From contig OY729428.2 of the NCBI GenBank assembly GCA_963422375.2, positions 2,144,001-2,208,000 of the forward strand: DNA of 64,000 nt. The letters are read 5' to 3'. The first letter of the stretch is position 1. Every line of letters begins with the position of its first letter. The translations under genes were made by a program, and so were the position numbers. This document shows, one piece after another, positions 61,210 to 64,000 of the stretch. Under the pieces are notes generated by a model that worked only from the letters and a program-made list of their open reading frames with translations, was not told where the DNA came from and ran no database searches. Origin of the DNA: Bryobacterales bacterium. Its GTDB lineage: Bacteria > Acidobacteriota > Terriglobia > Bryobacterales > UBA6623.

Positions 61210-62682
61210 ATGCCCGAATTAGACGCCAGTTCCGGTCTCGTAGAGACGCTCGTGCGCCACTGCCGCGGGCGGGTCGCGGCCCATATTCGCTGGCAGGAAG
61301 GCTTTCTAGGGCTCGCTGTCCTGCTCGCCGGAGCTTGCGCCTTGCTCCTGATGGGCACGCGCTACGTGCCTGTCGCGATGCTGCCCTTGGCGGCGGCCCT
61401 CGGAGCTTGGCTGGCCGTCCAGCGGTGGAAAACCGGCGTGCCCGGCCCCTACGCGGTAGCCCAGATCATCGACGAGCGGGAAGATTTGCTCGACCAGATC
61501 TCCACGGCCTACTACTTCCGCTCGGCACCCGGCGGGCCCGTCGCGCGCCCGGTCGCGGCATCGCAGTACGAGCAGGCCGTCCGGTCGGCCGCGGGCCTGC
61601 GGCCCGCGGCAATCTTCCCCCGAGCGATACCCGTGACGCGGCGCGCGGCCATTGCGCTGGTGGGGGTCGCCGCGCTGCTGCTCGGCCTGCGCGTGAGCCT
61701 GCAGCCGGCGGTGTCGTTCGAGCCGCCGCTGGCGTCTCTGCTGATGTCGTCGCTGTTCGGATTCCCGCCCCAGCGGCCGCCCGCCGAGCTTGATCGAGCG
61801 GCCCTGATCGACGAGCAGGCCGACGCCGAGAATGCGTCCGAGGAGGAGCTCGAGGCACCTCCCGCGGGCACCTCCGAGGGAAGCGACACCCGGCTGGCCG
61901 CCGAGGAATACGAGGACCCGCCCTCCGATTCGGACGAGATGCCGGAGGTGGAGGGCTTGATCACGGTGCCGCTGGAGGAGCCCGGCATCGACGCGCTGGG
62001 GGAGGACCCGTCCGTGCAGGGGGACCGGGCCGAGGCCGGATCCGCTGCGGGGGAGGACGCCGAAGTGCCGCCCGATCCGGAAGGCGACGGTTGGAACGAG
62101 GAGGCCCAGAGTCTCCTCGACAAGCTCAAGGAAGCCTTCGACAACATGCTGCAGACGCTGGACATGGCCTCGGTCGAGAGCGCGGACTCGGCGGCCGGCA
62201 AGGAACAGGGAAGCGGCACCAGCGAGCAAGCCCAGTCGGCCGGCGACCCGGCCGAGGCCGGCGACCCGGAGATGGCGTCGGAGTCCGGCAGCGCGAGCAT
62301 GGAGGGGGGCGAGCCCGGCCAAGAGGCAGCCGAATCGGCGTCGGTGGGGAACACCGGCGGCGAGGACAGCACCGGGGACAGCAGCAGCAGCGAGAACGCA
62401 TCGGCTGCCGGGACCAGCGACGGCTCCAAGGAACTTGCCGAGGCCGAGCAGTTGGAGGTCCTCGGAGCGCTCGAGGAACTCTACATGGAGCGCGCCGAGA
62501 ACATGACCGGCGAGGTCACGATCGAGACGCGGCTGGCGGAGCAGCACGCCAGCGTGCCATACAACCAGCGGTCAACGACGCATGCGGACGGCGGGGGCAC
62601 GATCAGCAGGGACGAGATCCCGGCACCCTATCGGACCTACATCCGCAACTATTTCGAGACACTCAGAAGGAATGCTGAATAG
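61210..62682 (+). CDS. Membrane protein with long acidic low-complexity region, MoxR-associated
   Basis: Three N-terminal TM segments, E/D/S/G-rich tail, C-terminal IPAPYRTYIRNYF; abuts moxR. Confidence 0.75.
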   Translation: MPELDASSGLVETLVRHCRGRVAAHIRWQEGFLGLAVLLAGACALLLMGTRYVPVAMLPLAAALGAWLAVQRWKTGVPGPYAVAQIIDEREDLLDQISTAYYFRSAPGGPVARPVAASQYEQAVRSAAGLRPAAIFPRAIPVTRRAAIALVGVAALLLGLRVSLQPAVSFEPPLASLLMSSLFGFPPQRPPAELDRAALIDEQADAENASEEELEAPPAGTSEGSDTRLAAEEYEDPPSDSDEMPEVEGLITVPLEEPGIDALGEDPSVQGDRAEAGSAAGEDAEVPPDPEGDGWNEEAQSLLDKLKEAFDNMLQTLDMASVESADSAAGKEQGSGTSEQAQSAGDPAEAGDPEMASESGSASMEGGEPGQEAAESASVGNTGGEDSTGDSSSSENASAAGTSDGSKELAEAEQLEVLGALEELYMERAENMTGEVTIETRLAEQHASVPYNQRSTTHADGGGTISRDEIPAPYRTYIRNYFETLRRNAE

Positions 62683-63678
62683 ATGATCGGCACAGAGTCG
62701 GTGGTCCAATCCGCCACCGAGCGGATCGACAGGATCCGTAGAGAGATCCACAGAGTCATAGTGGGGCACGAGCAGGTCGTGGACGGCGTGCTGAACGCTC
62801 TCCTAGCCGGCGGGCACGTGCTGCTGGAGGGCGTTCCCGGCCTCGGAAAGACGACGCTCCTGCGGACGCTCGGCCAAGCCCTGCATCTTGACTACTCGCG
62901 CATCCAGTTCACTCCCGACCTGATGCCCGCGGACATTCTGGGCAGCGCGGTGATGGACGCGAACGAGGTCGGGGTGAAGTCCCTGCGCTTCGAGCGAGGC
63001 CCGGTGTTCGCCCATCTCGTCCTGGCTGACGAGATCAACCGCGCCACGCCACGCACGCAATCGGCCCTGCTGGAAGCGATGCAGGAGAAGACGGTGACGA
63101 GCGGCACGACCACCCACTCGCTGGACGAGCCGTTCCTCGTCATGGCCACGCAGAACCCGCTGGAGATGGAAGGCACCTACCCCCTGCCGGAGGCGCAGCT
63201 GGACCGTTTCCTGCTGAAGATCCTAGTCGAGTACCCCGAGCGCGACGAGTTGACGGCCATTGTCGAGCGGACGGCGGTGCCGGTCAAGCCGCGTGTGGAA
63301 GCCATTCTGGACCGGGACGAGATTCTCGAGTTGCGGGCGATGGCGTCGGAAATGCTCGTCGCGCCCCACGTGCGAGACTACGCCATCAGCCTCGTCCTGG
63401 CTACGCAGCCGCGGCAGGGCGCGGCGAACGCGCTCGCCCGGAAATACATCCGCTACGGCAGCTCTCCGCGCGGGGCGCAGGCCCTCGTGTTCTGCGGCAG
63501 GGTCAGGGCGCTGATGCAGGGGCGCCTGCACGTCAGCACCGACGACATCCGGACGCTGGCGCTGCCCTCGCTGCGGCATCGCATCATTCTCAACTTCGAT
63601 GCGCACGCCGACGGATGCACCGAGGACGACCTCTTGCTCGAGCTTCTCGAGGCGCAAGCTCCGAGCCGGGCGGAGTAG
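62683..63678 (+). CDS. moxR: MoxR family AAA+ ATPase
   Basis: GVPGLGKT, RIQFTPDLMPAD, LADEINRA, ATQNPLE, YPLPEAQLDRF. Confidence 0.94.
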   Translation: MIGTESVVQSATERIDRIRREIHRVIVGHEQVVDGVLNALLAGGHVLLEGVPGLGKTTLLRTLGQALHLDYSRIQFTPDLMPADILGSAVMDANEVGVKSLRFERGPVFAHLVLADEINRATPRTQSALLEAMQEKTVTSGTTTHSLDEPFLVMATQNPLEMEGTYPLPEAQLDRFLLKILVEYPERDELTAIVERTAVPVKPRVEAILDRDEILELRAMASEMLVAPHVRDYAISLVLATQPRQGAANALARKYIRYGSSPRGAQALVFCGRVRALMQGRLHVSTDDIRTLALPSLRHRIILNFDAHADGCTEDDLLLELLEAQAPSRAE

Positions 63679-64000
63679 AGCAGCGCAGCGGCGCGACCGA
63701 TGGTGCCGACATCGTGGGGAGCGGGGCCAGGAACCGGCTCGGGCAGTTGGGCACGCTCGAAGCAGTTAGCCCGCGAATCTGATTCGGCGGTGGCCCCGGG
63801 GCGCCGCGGAAGGCCTCCACCGGCCCCCGAGAAGGCGGGCCAGCGCGCGAGCGTTCCGAGGACCGGCGCATCCCTCCAGCACGCAGAACGGCGGCCAGGT
63901 GCGGCGTTGACTCCGGATGAGCGTCGAAGCAGCGGGCGTCTTCCGAAGCATCCGCGGAAGCCTGCGGTTCCGGATTCGACCGGGAATCCCTTCCCGACCG

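Overview
This is a GC-rich bacterial chromosomal segment. The gene content (PSD1/DUF1501 and DUF1592/DUF1552 modules, sulfatase, TPR proteins) suggests an Acidobacteriota-like, possibly host-associated organism; that taxonomy is inference only. It holds about 45 CDS: housekeeping genes (polA, ilvE, tig-clpP, rsmA, dgt, serA plus a class V aminotransferase, rpmB), a tRNA-Asp, several transporters, a MacAB-like ABC exporter and a MoxR locus. Accessory or decaying parts are: (i) an IS1595 element with 24-bp inverted repeats that abuts the left end of a related IS1595 in the opposite orientation, its transposase broken by two short duplications; (ii) a cluster of secreted cytochrome-c/DUF modules with a secreted HNH(DUF1524)-ComEA fusion; (iii) a TnpB (IS200/IS605) remnant with a possible right end; (iv) a putative metal/zinc island with a DUF318 permease, two decaying stand-alone secreted Cache-domain genes, a ZIP transporter and a zinc-ribbon-less L28. 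No CRISPR array, rRNA or prophage was seen. All family assignments come from motif recognition by eye, without database searches.
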